DNA from: a virus
Virus record (IMG/VR): IMGVR_UViG_3300031420_000003
Coordinates: 64,001-128,000 of that record
Length of the DNA stretch: 64,000 nt
Direction: 5' to 3' (one strand)
Shown here: positions 46,109-55,956 of the stretch, one piece after another
How the letters are laid out: each line of letters starts with the position of its first letter
How positions within the stretch are numbered: position 1 is the first letter of the stretch
Notes under the pieces: model-generated
Told to the model about the DNA's origin: nothing
What the model saw: the letters and a program-made list of their open reading frames with translations, nothing else
The model's database searches: none
Made by a program: the position numbers and the translations under genes

Positions 46109-46135
46109 GTACCCCACTCCAAAAGAGTGGGGTAC
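46109..46135. terminator. bidirectional terminator
   Basis: GTACCCCACTC-CAAAA-GAGTGGGGTAC with A/T tracts on both sides, between convergent genes. Confidence 0.8.
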
Positions 46136-46139
46136 TGTT

Positions 46140-46676
46140 TTATTTACTCGGGGCAGGCGTCACGACATCAGCAGGGGCCGACGCGGGTGCTTGCGCATCA
46201 TCAGATGGAGTAAGAGAAGAAGCAGGGGTTGCAGCAGCAGTAGCAGCGTCACCGGTACCTACCTGACAGCGGAAGAAGGTGGCTCCCGACCCATTACCGC
46301 TCATGTCAACATTTGAATACGAGTAGGTGGGCGGGGTCGTGTTCAGCCGGTAATAACGTACACCGTTAATCAGGTCTACGCTGCCATCGACTTTGCCGAG
46401 CAGGTCTTTATAAAGTTGCGGGGATTCCACCTTGCCATTCGGGAAGGTCGCAACCCAGTTACTGCCGTTATCGATAACCGTGACGGCGATAGGATAAAGT
46501 TTAACTTGGGCCGCATCAGGTCGCCAGTTGACAAACGTCTCCTGAGCACCGGTACAGGTGTAAGTTACAAAGTCAGTTGGGGCGACAGGCACCGTCGAGA
46601 ACTGGCCATTGGTTGTGGTAAGCGCGCAACCCCCTAACAACATTGCAACGCAGAATGCCGCAATAAGACGTAACAT
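46140..46676 (-). CDS. lipoprotein
   Basis: MLRLIAAFCVAMLLGGC lipobox; Ala/Pro-rich tail; GAGGA RBS. Confidence 0.7.
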   Translation of the reverse strand: MLRLIAAFCVAMLLGGCALTTTNGQFSTVPVAPTDFVTYTCTGAQETFVNWRPDAAQVKLYPIAVTVIDNGSNWVATFPNGKVESPQLYKDLLGKVDGSVDLINGVRYYRLNTTPPTYSYSNVDMSGNGSGATFFRCQVGTGDAATAAATPASSLTPSDDAQAPASAPADVVTPAPSK

Positions 46677-46812
46677 GAGTCTATCCTCTGGTGAACTTTT
46701 CAATTATTTTTTGCCCGGGAAATACGGGTCATACTATAGTGGGCCTTGTGTTATTTTGACCCACTGGGCTTTTTTATGACAACCGTTGTCAACTTTATAA
46801 AAGGGAAAAGAG

Positions 46813-47325
46813 ATGGCTACTAAAACCCCACAGGAGCAGTTGGTCGAGCTGTTTAACGCTGCGAACACTGGTCTTGCTACCCCATTGGCTGTTGCGGATG
46901 TGGACTTTGGTGCAGTTGCTGCGGGTGCGGAAGGTGCAGAGAAAAACTCTACGCTGACCATCACTGCAAAAGCCGCTTCCATCAACTTCTCCGGTTCCAA
47001 AGCCCTGACGTACAACCGTCTGGCACTGGCACTGGGTGCGGTGAGCGTTGATGATGACGTGGCAAACTGGGACACCGATGCTGAGGTGCTTGCGCATTTC
47101 AACACGCTGGTTCAGCAGACCCACGCGGACGATGTGTTTGCCGCAGGTGACATCACTGTTGCCTCTGCAGCGAATGCTGACGATAACACTAAAACGGACG
47201 TTACTGTTACCATCAATGCAGGCCACATGAAGTTCCTGCCTGGTGAAGCTGTGAAATGGACTATCGCCAAAGCCAAAACTGATCTCTCCGGTACTAACGG
47301 AGACTTGGACGGCTTTAACAGCTAA
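46813..47325 (+). CDS. probable virion protein related to the downstream paralog array
   Basis: 170 aa; KNSTLTITA...GSKALTYNRLAL module and C-terminal DLSGTNGDLDGF. Confidence 0.7.
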   Translation: MATKTPQEQLVELFNAANTGLATPLAVADVDFGAVAAGAEGAEKNSTLTITAKAASINFSGSKALTYNRLALALGAVSVDDDVANWDTDAEVLAHFNTLVQQTHADDVFAAGDITVASAANADDNTKTDVTVTINAGHMKFLPGEAVKWTIAKAKTDLSGTNGDLDGFNS

Positions 47326-47349
47326 CCTGTTAGGCACAAAAAGTAAAAG

Positions 47350-47373
47350 CTACTCTCCCTTCGGGGAGAGTAG
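47350..47373. terminator. bidirectional terminator
   Basis: CTACTCTCCC-TTCG-GGGAGAGTAG with T-tracts on both strands. Confidence 0.85.
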
Positions 47374-47390
47374 TCTTTTTTATTTATTTG

Positions 47391-48275
47391 CTACGGCATC
47401 ACAAGTTCAAACACAAGGTACGTTGCCATGCGTGTCTGGAATGCGGCACTGGCAATCACCGCGGGGTTGTTGGCGTTGTGGTACGCTGCTGCCACCGACG
47501 TGAACAGGTGCGGCCCTAACGTGGACTGGGTGCCTGTGTTGTCGTAAAAGCGCGGCAGGGCATCGGCTTGGGTTTCAACCGTGGCTCTGACCATTCGCGA
47601 CATCGTGCTACGCCACTCAGAGGCCGTGGTGTCGGCAGTCGTGATGTACTGGCTGTACGGTGCATTCGAAAGCTTCGGTGCACGAACAACATAATCCAGT
47701 CCGCCAATATTGACGATGGTGCGTTGAGCCACTGCTGGGCTAGGTGTGCCTGCAGGAATTTGACCGTTACCGGCCTCACCAAACATCAGTCCCGCAAGGT
47801 AGAGGTCATTCCACGATGCCGATACCACGTAGCTGTCTGGAATGAACAATACTTTCCCTTTGTAGGAAAACTTATACCACTTGCTAAAGCTGCCACGACC
47901 ACCGAAGTTATTCAGCACCGGGAGTTTAGCGGCCAAGTCGTTTGGCGTGATAAAGTCTGTGGTGTTCAGGATATCCATCAGCCCCGCATTCCAATCCCCA
48001 CGCAATGGTGTGGTTCGACCCGGACCGGTTTCAGAGAAATACCCTGTGGCGGTATTGGCACCCCATGCCCGCTCGGTGCCCTTACGTGCCACGATACGGT
48101 AATAGTAGATGGACTTATTCAGGACTGTGTTGTCCTCGTAGTCCGTTGCCGTGCCGGGCAGGGTAACGATCGGGTTGCCCGGGTTAGCCGAACTGATTGG
48201 CGTTGTCCCGCGATACACCTCCACAGCGTCCAAGTTCTGGTCAGCCATGGAAGGCCACTTCAATTTAATGCCCAT
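47391..48275 (-). CDS. virion-type protein, FN3-like N-terminus plus GPG..GD domain (cassette 2, gene c)
   Basis: LKWP...VEVYR...YED...YYYRI; GPG...GDWNAG; WYKFSYKGK; paralog of 50785. Confidence 0.7.
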   Translation of the reverse strand: MGIKLKWPSMADQNLDAVEVYRGTTPISSANPGNPIVTLPGTATDYEDNTVLNKSIYYYRIVARKGTERAWGANTATGYFSETGPGRTTPLRGDWNAGLMDILNTTDFITPNDLAAKLPVLNNFGGRGSFSKWYKFSYKGKVLFIPDSYVVSASWNDLYLAGLMFGEAGNGQIPAGTPSPAVAQRTIVNIGGLDYVVRAPKLSNAPYSQYITTADTTASEWRSTMSRMVRATVETQADALPRFYDNTGTQSTLGPHLFTSVAAAYHNANNPAVIASAAFQTRMATYLVFELVMP

Positions 48276-48284
48276 GGTTTTTCC

Positions 48285-49322
48285 TTAGACGATGATGGTA
48301 GGCTCAATGAGCTCAATAACCGGCAACCAAACGATGCTGGAGTTTATGGCTTGACACCACTGTGCAGACAAGTTGTCTTTGGTGTGCGGTGAGGTCGTAC
48401 CACTGGAATAGATGTGGCTTTTGACCGCCCGGTTAACCACTTGAAGACCATCGGTACGTTCCTGCACCGCGATGCGGGTACGGTTACGTGTCGCTTCAGC
48501 AGCTTGTGAGTTACTGTACTCGTACGACGGTGTCCCAAGCAGGGTATCGATGTTGGTTTCGGCAAAGTTGAAACTGCGTTGCTTTTCCGGCACCACGTTG
48601 TAGAGCGCATAGACCAAGTCGTTCCACTCGTTGTTCTGCCCATTCGCGTAGGTGTCATTTGAGATCTGGGGGGAGAAGTCAGCATTGGGGATACCGGCAA
48701 ACGAGCCATCCGACACCCCACGCAGCAACCGCACCTTGTAATTGTCCCCGTTCAACGACAACTGCACCAGTTGGTTTGTGGCGACCAGACCGGATGTTGG
48801 TGCACCTGTTGGGAAGTTCGCATCGACACCAAACACAAGTCCTGCCTGATAGAGGTACTGCCACGTGGCATTACCAAACGAGGTTTCGGGCACGTAGATG
48901 ATTTTGCCATTTCGCGTCATCTTGTGCCATGTTGGCGTGATGAGACCAGTGGGGAGACCTGAGGTCGATTTAGCAGCAGCTAAAATGGCAGCACTGCTAA
49001 AGAAATCAGCCGAGAGAAGTGGGCCGTAATAACCGAGGTTATCATCACCGTACTTCAGAACCGACGTACCTGCTCCGCGGTTATCCGTGATGAGAAACTT
49101 CTGGTTAGGTGTTAGCACCAAATCATTCGCGGTTTTGGTACCCAGAATGTAGTAGTACGTCTGCCCACTCACGGCGGTGGTATCCACGAAGAACTTGTCT
49201 CCGTTGGTGACCGTCCCAATAGGCGCAGGAAGGTTTGCAGGGTCTAACGGTGCATCGCCACGGTAAATGTTCACCGTGTTAGCGATAACGTTACGGTTAG
49301 TCCACGTTAGGCGGAAGGCCAT
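48285..49322 (-). CDS. virion-type protein (cassette 2, gene b)
   Basis: LTWTNRN..VNIYR...YYY; GDDNLGYYG; NEWNDLVY; paralog of 51739. Confidence 0.7.
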   Translation of the reverse strand: MAFRLTWTNRNVIANTVNIYRGDAPLDPANLPAPIGTVTNGDKFFVDTTAVSGQTYYYILGTKTANDLVLTPNQKFLITDNRGAGTSVLKYGDDNLGYYGPLLSADFFSSAAILAAAKSTSGLPTGLITPTWHKMTRNGKIIYVPETSFGNATWQYLYQAGLVFGVDANFPTGAPTSGLVATNQLVQLSLNGDNYKVRLLRGVSDGSFAGIPNADFSPQISNDTYANGQNNEWNDLVYALYNVVPEKQRSFNFAETNIDTLLGTPSYEYSNSQAAEATRNRTRIAVQERTDGLQVVNRAVKSHIYSSGTTSPHTKDNLSAQWCQAINSSIVWLPVIELIEPTIIV

Positions 49323-49333
49323 GGTGTTGTTCC

Positions 49334-50773
49334 TTATTTGAATCCGTCTAATTTACCGTTTGTGTTTTTCAATTGCACAGGCGGTACGACTGTTATCTGC
49401 AAGGCAGGCGGGGTCAGAACCCCTGCCGGTGCGCGACCCCGTACGCTGTTCGGTGAGTAGACTGGCGCACTGTCAGTGGCGATCAGATACGGTTTACTAA
49501 TCGAACGGTCAATTGTCCCTCTCACGCCCTCCATGCGAAGCGGGATATTGGGGTCACGGTTTTGGTCAATAAAGAGCGTAGGTTTACGCAGGCTTTGTGT
49601 TACGGTGCCACGGATTTCCGTCAGCGCTAACGTTACGGTACTCAGGTCAAACAACCGCAAGAAAGGTCGCCAGCCATAATTGCCGGTTTTCTGTAAATTC
49701 GATGACGACTGGGCATTCATCGAGGTGAACCATACCGTGGAGCCGTCAGCGGCAGAGGTGGTTTGAAACAGAAACCCAGTGCTGTAGTCAAGCGGGGGTG
49801 TCGCGGTGTGCAGACCGTCCCAATCGCCTTTGGTGTACGTTCCCGGGAAGACACGTCCCAACAGCTGATACAACTCCCCGTCTTGTGCCCGCTGGCCGAT
49901 AATCGGGTCGCTTGCTGCGAACGTCGGTAGGCGTGGGACAAAGCCCACGGCACCTTCTGGCGAGTCCAACGCGATGTAGCGATTCTGCTTCGTGAGCGGA
50001 CTGCCCACAGGTGGCCATTTACCTGTACCGTCGCTGTCGTAAACCGAGCCACGTTCATACAGCGCTTTCCACGAGGTCGTACCTAAGTGGTAGCTTGGGA
50101 AGAACAAGAACTGGCCTTTATAGGCGAACTTCATCCAGAACAGGTTCGGGTTCACCACCGGTGTACTGCCCGCGTCATCCGAGAGCACCGCATTGAAGAT
50201 GTCCAGAGCAGCGACCATCTCATCGGCTCTGACCACCCCAAAGTAGCCCGCATCCATATCCCCAATCAGCATCGCCTTGCGACCCGGTCCGGAGTTCGGG
50301 TAGTTACCCGCCGGTAGCCGCGACCACTGTACGCTCAGGCTGCCTGTAAAGGCCGGAGAGGTGCTGGCGATTGTCAGGGTCACCGGTGTAGGGGTGTACC
50401 CGTTTGACAACGCTGTGGAGCCGTTGGCGAGGTCTGTGGCCTGTAAGCCTAACCCGTACTGCTCGTTCAGTGCCGGTAACAGGTCGGCATAGGTCTTCGA
50501 GCTGCCGGCGGCATCAAACACCACGGTAATACCATTGAAATATTTACCAATGTCCAGTCTGTCGTAGAAGAATTCGCGACGCCCTACAAACCCAGCCCCA
50601 CTCTTTCCGTTTAACACCACCCGGGAATTACGCCCGGAGGTGCCAAGGGAGGTCGTGAAAGGCCCGCCCAGCACCAATACATTATCGGGGCTGAGAGGGT
50701 AAGGTAGATTGGGGTTGTCGCGGGTTACTTGTCGGCAGAGTAGCATCAGCGACGAGTAGCTGTAAGGCCCCAT
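49334..50773 (-). CDS. virion-type fusion protein (cassette 2, gene a)
   Basis: RDNP...GRNS...YDRLD N-domain plus YPNSGPG..GD domain and TNGKLDGF end; paralog of 52756. Confidence 0.7.
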   Translation of the reverse strand: MGPYSYSSLMLLCRQVTRDNPNLPYPLSPDNVLVLGGPFTTSLGTSGRNSRVVLNGKSGAGFVGRREFFYDRLDIGKYFNGITVVFDAAGSSKTYADLLPALNEQYGLGLQATDLANGSTALSNGYTPTPVTLTIASTSPAFTGSLSVQWSRLPAGNYPNSGPGRKAMLIGDMDAGYFGVVRADEMVAALDIFNAVLSDDAGSTPVVNPNLFWMKFAYKGQFLFFPSYHLGTTSWKALYERGSVYDSDGTGKWPPVGSPLTKQNRYIALDSPEGAVGFVPRLPTFAASDPIIGQRAQDGELYQLLGRVFPGTYTKGDWDGLHTATPPLDYSTGFLFQTTSAADGSTVWFTSMNAQSSSNLQKTGNYGWRPFLRLFDLSTVTLALTEIRGTVTQSLRKPTLFIDQNRDPNIPLRMEGVRGTIDRSISKPYLIATDSAPVYSPNSVRGRAPAGVLTPPALQITVVPPVQLKNTNGKLDGFK

Positions 50774-50784
50774 GTTTTACTCCG

Positions 50785-51729
50785 TTAAGGTAGGACTAAC
50801 TCAAAGACAAACACTGCGTTCCACGTGTACGCCGTGTTGTTGTCCGTGACCAAGCCCGGCGGGTTATAGGCGTAGTTGTGGTAGGTCACGGTCGGTGCGT
50901 AAAACGGCACCAGTGCGGTACTGCCGTTAACGTTCGGGCTGGCGGACGTTCCCAGAACCGTCAAGCTTGCAAACTTCCCTTGGTCCCTGTCCGACAAATT
51001 CGTGCTCACGGCGAACAGACGGGCATAGGTGTTTTTCCACTCACCGGCCTCTTGGTCGTTGCCGCCCGCATAATCGTAAATGTACGGCAAACGGACACGG
51101 TACTTGTACCCGTTTTTGCTGAACATGGCATTTTGGGCAACGCCTGCTGCCGGCGACGCGCCGCTTGGAATAACAGAACCCACGCCGTCGATGCCGTACG
51201 CCATGCCGGCGTTATAGATGTTTGGGATGCTATTGGCTGCATGTGAGCTGTTCGGGAAGAACAGAATGCGACCTTTGAACACAAACTTATACCAACCGGT
51301 GAAAGCGCTGCCCGCGGGGATTGTGGTGAAGACAGCGTTCTGCGCGGCAGTTAATCCACCTTGCGTACCTACCAAGTCATCACGACTCGCAAAATCCGCA
51401 GTCGACACAAACCCAAAGTAACCGGCGTACCAGTCACCCATTAGCAGCTTTTGAGGACCGGGACCCGTGTCCAAATAGAACCCTTGCACGATCGGGGCAC
51501 TGAACAGACGCTCGGTGCCTTTTACCGCAGCAATCCAATACGTGTAGACGGTCTTCTCGGTGAGATTCGCCACGTCTTCAATGTATTGCGTTGCATCGCC
51601 AGCGACGGTTGCCGTTGGGGTACCCGGGTTGTTAACATCAATCGTTGCGCTGTGTCCCACCTTGCGGTAGATTTCAATAGACGTCAACGCTTTGTCAGCC
51701 TGCGATGGCCAACTTAAACGAATGGTCAT
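50785..51729 (-). CDS. virion-type protein (cassette 1, gene c)
   Basis: LSWPSQAD...IEIYR; GPGPQKLLMGDWYAGYFG; WYKFVFKGR. Confidence 0.7.
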   Translation of the reverse strand: MTIRLSWPSQADKALTSIEIYRKVGHSATIDVNNPGTPTATVAGDATQYIEDVANLTEKTVYTYWIAAVKGTERLFSAPIVQGFYLDTGPGPQKLLMGDWYAGYFGFVSTADFASRDDLVGTQGGLTAAQNAVFTTIPAGSAFTGWYKFVFKGRILFFPNSSHAANSIPNIYNAGMAYGIDGVGSVIPSGASPAAGVAQNAMFSKNGYKYRVRLPYIYDYAGGNDQEAGEWKNTYARLFAVSTNLSDRDQGKFASLTVLGTSASPNVNGSTALVPFYAPTVTYHNYAYNPPGLVTDNNTAYTWNAVFVFELVLP

Positions 51730-51738
51730 ACCTGCTCC

Positions 51739-52740
51739 TTACTCTACCAGTTCAAAGATGGGAATGTAGCGACCCTGTTGCGATGGGGCTACGTACGTGA
51801 TGCGCTGTATCGCCTGTAACTGCGTTACCACAGTTCCTGCCGCACTGGTGTAGATACCACGGTGCATTACACGATCCTGTGCGGTATCGTGTTCCATACA
51901 GATGGTGCCGCCATTGAGGTAGAAGGTACCTGCGCCCAAACCCGCCATGCCGAGTTGAGTGCTCGCGGTTTGAAAGACGTTCGGCACACGTTGCTTCACC
52001 GGCACATCGACAACGATGGGGTATAACAGGTCGTTGAACTCATTAAAGCTCACGAGGTCGGTGTCGTCATGCGCCTTGTCTTTATACGCGTCATTAAAGG
52101 CAAAGGCAGGTGAGGCAGAGACCGAAGACAGCCCACGCGGCACACGCATGCGATAGGTGTCGTTTTGTGAGAGAATCTTTGCGGTCTGCGGTGTTGGGGG
52201 AAGTGTCCCAAATCCGTTTGCTGGGCCATTGTCATCTGTGCCGTAGACAAGACCGTTCTGATACAACGTTGCCCACGTGGTAAATCCGGGACTGAACGCC
52301 GTCAGCAGATAGAAGATTTTGCCGTTACGGCAGAACTTCTGTAAAGGAACACGATCGGTTGCTGCAAAGGCGGTTGGGAACGCCGCCAAGAACCCTGCCG
52401 GGAGCTGACTGCCGTACCACTGTTCCTCAGTCGGAACTGGACCGTAATAGCCCAACCGGTCATCACCGGAAATCAGTGTATTCGGACCGATCCCACGACG
52501 TACCGCTACTGTGTATTTCTGGCTACTGGTTGCCACCGTTTTACCGTTGGCGGTCACCGTCATCAGGTAGTAGTACGTTTGTCCACCCACCACGGTGGTG
52601 TCACGGTAAGACGTTTCCCCGTTACTCAGCGTGGCTAAAGGAGCCGGCAGTGCCGTGACAGAAATGTCCTTGGTGTCGCGATAGATGTTAACCACCGTCG
52701 CGATGGTATTGGGGTTGTTCCAGCGCAATGTAAATGACAT
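51739..52740 (-). CDS. virion-type protein (cassette 1, gene b)
   Basis: LRWNNPN..VNIYR; GDDRLGYYG; NEFNDLLY. Confidence 0.7.
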   Translation of the reverse strand: MSFTLRWNNPNTIATVVNIYRDTKDISVTALPAPLATLSNGETSYRDTTVVGGQTYYYLMTVTANGKTVATSSQKYTVAVRRGIGPNTLISGDDRLGYYGPVPTEEQWYGSQLPAGFLAAFPTAFAATDRVPLQKFCRNGKIFYLLTAFSPGFTTWATLYQNGLVYGTDDNGPANGFGTLPPTPQTAKILSQNDTYRMRVPRGLSSVSASPAFAFNDAYKDKAHDDTDLVSFNEFNDLLYPIVVDVPVKQRVPNVFQTASTQLGMAGLGAGTFYLNGGTICMEHDTAQDRVMHRGIYTSAAGTVVTQLQAIQRITYVAPSQQGRYIPIFELVE

Positions 52741-52755
52741 GCGGTTACGCCTCTA

Positions 52756-54174
52756 TTAGAAATCGTCAAGGTCGCCATTGGTTGCTGATAAATCAACCTT
52801 GGACGGCGTGTACATCTCGACTTTGAACGGAATGGGTCGGAAGTCGATGGTTTTAGGGGCACCCGGTATCACCGGTTTCACGTACAGCGATTGCGTGATA
52901 TCAAAGGTTACCGGCAAGAAGTCGATAGTCTTCGGATTACCCGGTTGGACTGGGGCGACCCGCAGCGACTGGTCGACGCTAAACGGAATGGTCTTAAGAC
53001 TCATGTCCATCTGACCAAACATGCTGTCTAGTCCCAACAACGTGGTCGAGGTGTCAACCAGTTCGAGCACCGGGAACCAGTAATAGTTGGCACCGGTTTG
53101 GTTTTTCAGTATGTTTGTCCAACTCTGAAGCGCAAGCGTTGCCATCTTACTTATCGTGGTGTTGGTCACCACGCTGTTTTGGAACATGCACCAAAGCGTC
53201 CACTGGGAGTTGGTCAGGCTCGCCCACTTACCGTTGTTCAGGTAGTTGAACATCTGCACTTCACTACCCTGGTATTCGCTCGCCGCTATTATTCCAGTGG
53301 CAGCGGAGAACGGGTCTGCACCGGCACTTGGTAGACGAATTCGGTAATAAAACTTACCTTCACTGGCGGTACCGTGCGACAGAATACGCAGCTGGTTAAC
53401 CGTTGGGGCAGTTGGGAACTTACCGTTGTCGTCCGTGCCGTAGACCAACCCTTCGTTGTACAAGGTGTTCCATGTGACGTTGTACCCCACCGGGGTAATC
53501 GGCAGGTAAAGCACTTGGCTGTTGTAGAAGAACTTGTACCACCCTTCGGTGCCGGTATACAGCGTCGGCTTTGTACCTTTAAGGAAGGCTGCTGCGATGA
53601 GTTCATCGTGAGTAAACAAATCAGAGGCAGCCACGGTACCGAAGTAACCGGCCAAGTTATCCCCGACCAACAGCGTTTTGGGACCGGGCCCCGACTGCGG
53701 GTAATAACCGGCTGATTTGATTTGGTACTTAAACACCAGATTCCCGATAAACGCCGGCGATGCGGATGCGATAGCAAGCGTCAGCGTTTGTGCGGTAGCA
53801 TTGGGTGCCGTGACGGGTGCTGTGGGGGTTGACAAGTCCCCAGCGCCGAGGTTAAAGCCCAGCGCATCATTAAGGTACGTTAACATAGCCTGCTGTGTCG
53901 CCACACTCGACTTCATGTAGACGGTCGGGGTGAAGTTAATCAGCTGACTTAAGTCAATGCGGTCGTAATAGAGGGTGACTCTACCTTGTAAGCCAGACCC
54001 CGGGTACGCGGTAAACTCCACACGCGTGTTGCGCCCGTTGAGGCTGGTTGAGATGGCCACTGGTGTTTTGGTTAACGCGGCGTTACTCGCGGACAGCGGC
54101 ACAGGAAGTCCCGGGTTGTCCCGATTCACCTGATCGTAAATCAGCTGCAGCGCCGCCTTTGAATAGAATTGCAT
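52756..54174 (-). CDS. virion-type fusion protein (cassette 1, gene a)
   Basis: RDNP...GRNT...YDRID; YPQSGPGPKTLLVGD; C-terminal DLSATNGDLDDF. Confidence 0.7.
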   Translation of the reverse strand: MQFYSKAALQLIYDQVNRDNPGLPVPLSASNAALTKTPVAISTSLNGRNTRVEFTAYPGSGLQGRVTLYYDRIDLSQLINFTPTVYMKSSVATQQAMLTYLNDALGFNLGAGDLSTPTAPVTAPNATAQTLTLAIASASPAFIGNLVFKYQIKSAGYYPQSGPGPKTLLVGDNLAGYFGTVAASDLFTHDELIAAAFLKGTKPTLYTGTEGWYKFFYNSQVLYLPITPVGYNVTWNTLYNEGLVYGTDDNGKFPTAPTVNQLRILSHGTASEGKFYYRIRLPSAGADPFSAATGIIAASEYQGSEVQMFNYLNNGKWASLTNSQWTLWCMFQNSVVTNTTISKMATLALQSWTNILKNQTGANYYWFPVLELVDTSTTLLGLDSMFGQMDMSLKTIPFSVDQSLRVAPVQPGNPKTIDFLPVTFDITQSLYVKPVIPGAPKTIDFRPIPFKVEMYTPSKVDLSATNGDLDDF

Positions 54175-54206
54175 AACTCAACTCCTGACCGCTATCAAAA
54201 AAGAAA

Positions 54207-54222
54207 AGGCCCCGAGGGGCCT
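54207..54222 (-). terminator. intrinsic terminator
   Basis: AGGCCCC...GGGGCCT followed by TTTCTTTTTT on the minus strand. Confidence 0.7.
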
Positions 54223-54226
54223 AGAG

Positions 54227-55054
54227 TTAGCTGTTATAGTGGTAATAGGCATTGCCTTTTACGCCAGCTTCATCAATACCGGTCTGAATAACAACGCGGT
54301 CGTAATCTTTGTTCGCGTACTGCGCGGTCGTGGTCGCAACGTCCTGCACGGTGTTGGAGTTCAGCGGTGCCCGATACGACGGTACCCCTAAGTCATCCAA
54401 GACCTTACGCAGACCCGCCCACTGTGGTAACCCCGAAGAGTCGACCGTAAGCAGGTTCTTGTACGCCGTGAAGTCGATGCCAAATGTCAGCATGTCCACA
54501 CACATTTTATTTAACGTCGGGTCAATCGGTGGCTTGATAGCATCCAGCACGTCAGTGGTAATCGACGTGTCCAATACGGGCAAACCGCGACTGAAATGCA
54601 TCAGCTGTGTACCGACGTAGGCCGGTGAACTTGGCAACGCTTGGAAGTACACGTTCGCGGCGTAGTTAGCCTGACTGACACCGCCCATGGCATTGTTAGT
54701 CAAATCCATGGTACCGAAGTTCACGCCGTATGTATCAAAAATCACCGCCAGCGCACCGTGGATATTGGGTGCGGTGAAAGACACGAACTGTGCCGCAGCA
54801 GCATTCGCCCACGGTAGCAGCGTCACGATGTTCACACGGTCGTAGTAAATCCAAATCTGGTCACGGAACCCACTACCCTGCTGCCCGCGTAAACGGGCTT
54901 TGGTGTTGCGCATGTTGTTTGCCGCATTCGGCGTCACCGCCGTGATGCTTTCGAGCATACAGTTCTGCGCATTTGCCACAATCGGCAAATTGGGGTTATC
55001 CCGGTTAATCAGATCGAAGGCCAGCTCGAGCGAGGTCTTTGCATAGTTCAACAT
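54227..55054 (-). CDS. virion-type protein, HYN-terminated paralog family
   Basis: INRDNP...RNT...YDRV; ends YHYNS. Confidence 0.7.
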   Translation of the reverse strand: MLNYAKTSLELAFDLINRDNPNLPIVANAQNCMLESITAVTPNAANNMRNTKARLRGQQGSGFRDQIWIYYDRVNIVTLLPWANAAAAQFVSFTAPNIHGALAVIFDTYGVNFGTMDLTNNAMGGVSQANYAANVYFQALPSSPAYVGTQLMHFSRGLPVLDTSITTDVLDAIKPPIDPTLNKMCVDMLTFGIDFTAYKNLLTVDSSGLPQWAGLRKVLDDLGVPSYRAPLNSNTVQDVATTTAQYANKDYDRVVIQTGIDEAGVKGNAYYHYNS

Positions 55055-55057
55055 GGA

Positions 55058-55945
55058 TTACACCTCGTTTGGATCGTCAACATCATTGAACTGCAGATAC
55101 AGGGTACCTTTGATGTTGGTGGTAGTGGCCGGCAGTGTTAACACAAGCACGTACTTGTATTTGCTGTTGGTCGGCATGTTGACCGGATCGTTCAAGCCTA
55201 CGCTTACGACGTTGGCACCCGCCAGTCCCCACGAAGACGCGGAGGTTGCCACCCATGCTGCGCCGGTGATGGCTTTCAGCAGGTTGGTCATGGTGGTCAG
55301 TGGTGTGCCAGTCAACAGACCCGGTGCGAAGCCCAGTAAGGTGTCGCGGTAGGTGGAGAAGTTGAACGGGTACGAGTAGACCTGCGCCATAATCGCACTG
55401 ACGGTTTCGGAACCCATCTGGTCGTTCGGGTACTTCAGACCGGACAGCACAGTGGTGTTCACGGTGGAGACCAGCGTTTCATCGCCGCGTTTCACTTTGA
55501 AGTTATACTGACCTTGCCAACCCAGAGACGTCGGCGAGGCTTTGACCAGTACCGTACCGGTCAGCTTGTCCGTGTCCCAGAGGATTTGCGCATCCTGTAA
55601 GTCAGCCTGTTCAAAGGCAAAACCGTAGCGTTGGTTCAAACCGACAATCGCATTAAACAGCGTGGCGTTTGAGGGACCAATGCGCAGGGTATCGCCCAGC
55701 AGGATAACAAGGTCTTGGATGTTCATGCGGTTGTAGTAAACGTTTTTCTTGCCCGCCCACATTGAGCCCGCCACGCCGTCAGCCGTGATTTTCACCACGG
55801 TGTTGCGGTTTACTGCGTTACCTTTCTCGGTCCCGCTGATGTCCTTTGGTGCGCTGTAGACGATATCCGTTGCCTTGATGGTCAACGAGTTCGCTGCGTC
55901 AATGGCCGCCAGCAGGACGTCCTTAGAAGGTTGATAGAGTGCCAT
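55058..55945 (-). CDS. virion-type protein, HYN-terminated paralog family
   Basis: Start MALYQPSK; RNT...YNRM; LSGLKYP; LYLQFND. Confidence 0.7.
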   Translation of the reverse strand: MALYQPSKDVLLAAIDAANSLTIKATDIVYSAPKDISGTEKGNAVNRNTVVKITADGVAGSMWAGKKNVYYNRMNIQDLVILLGDTLRIGPSNATLFNAIVGLNQRYGFAFEQADLQDAQILWDTDKLTGTVLVKASPTSLGWQGQYNFKVKRGDETLVSTVNTTVLSGLKYPNDQMGSETVSAIMAQVYSYPFNFSTYRDTLLGFAPGLLTGTPLTTMTNLLKAITGAAWVATSASSWGLAGANVVSVGLNDPVNMPTNSKYKYVLVLTLPATTTNIKGTLYLQFNDVDDPNEV

Positions 55946-55956
55946 TCGCTTTATTC

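Noticed and set aside
47568-48392. 274-aa plus-strand ORF (likewise 56878..57522 + and 2155..2754 -)
   Set aside because: Fully antisense to well-supported genes, with no motif or RBS support.
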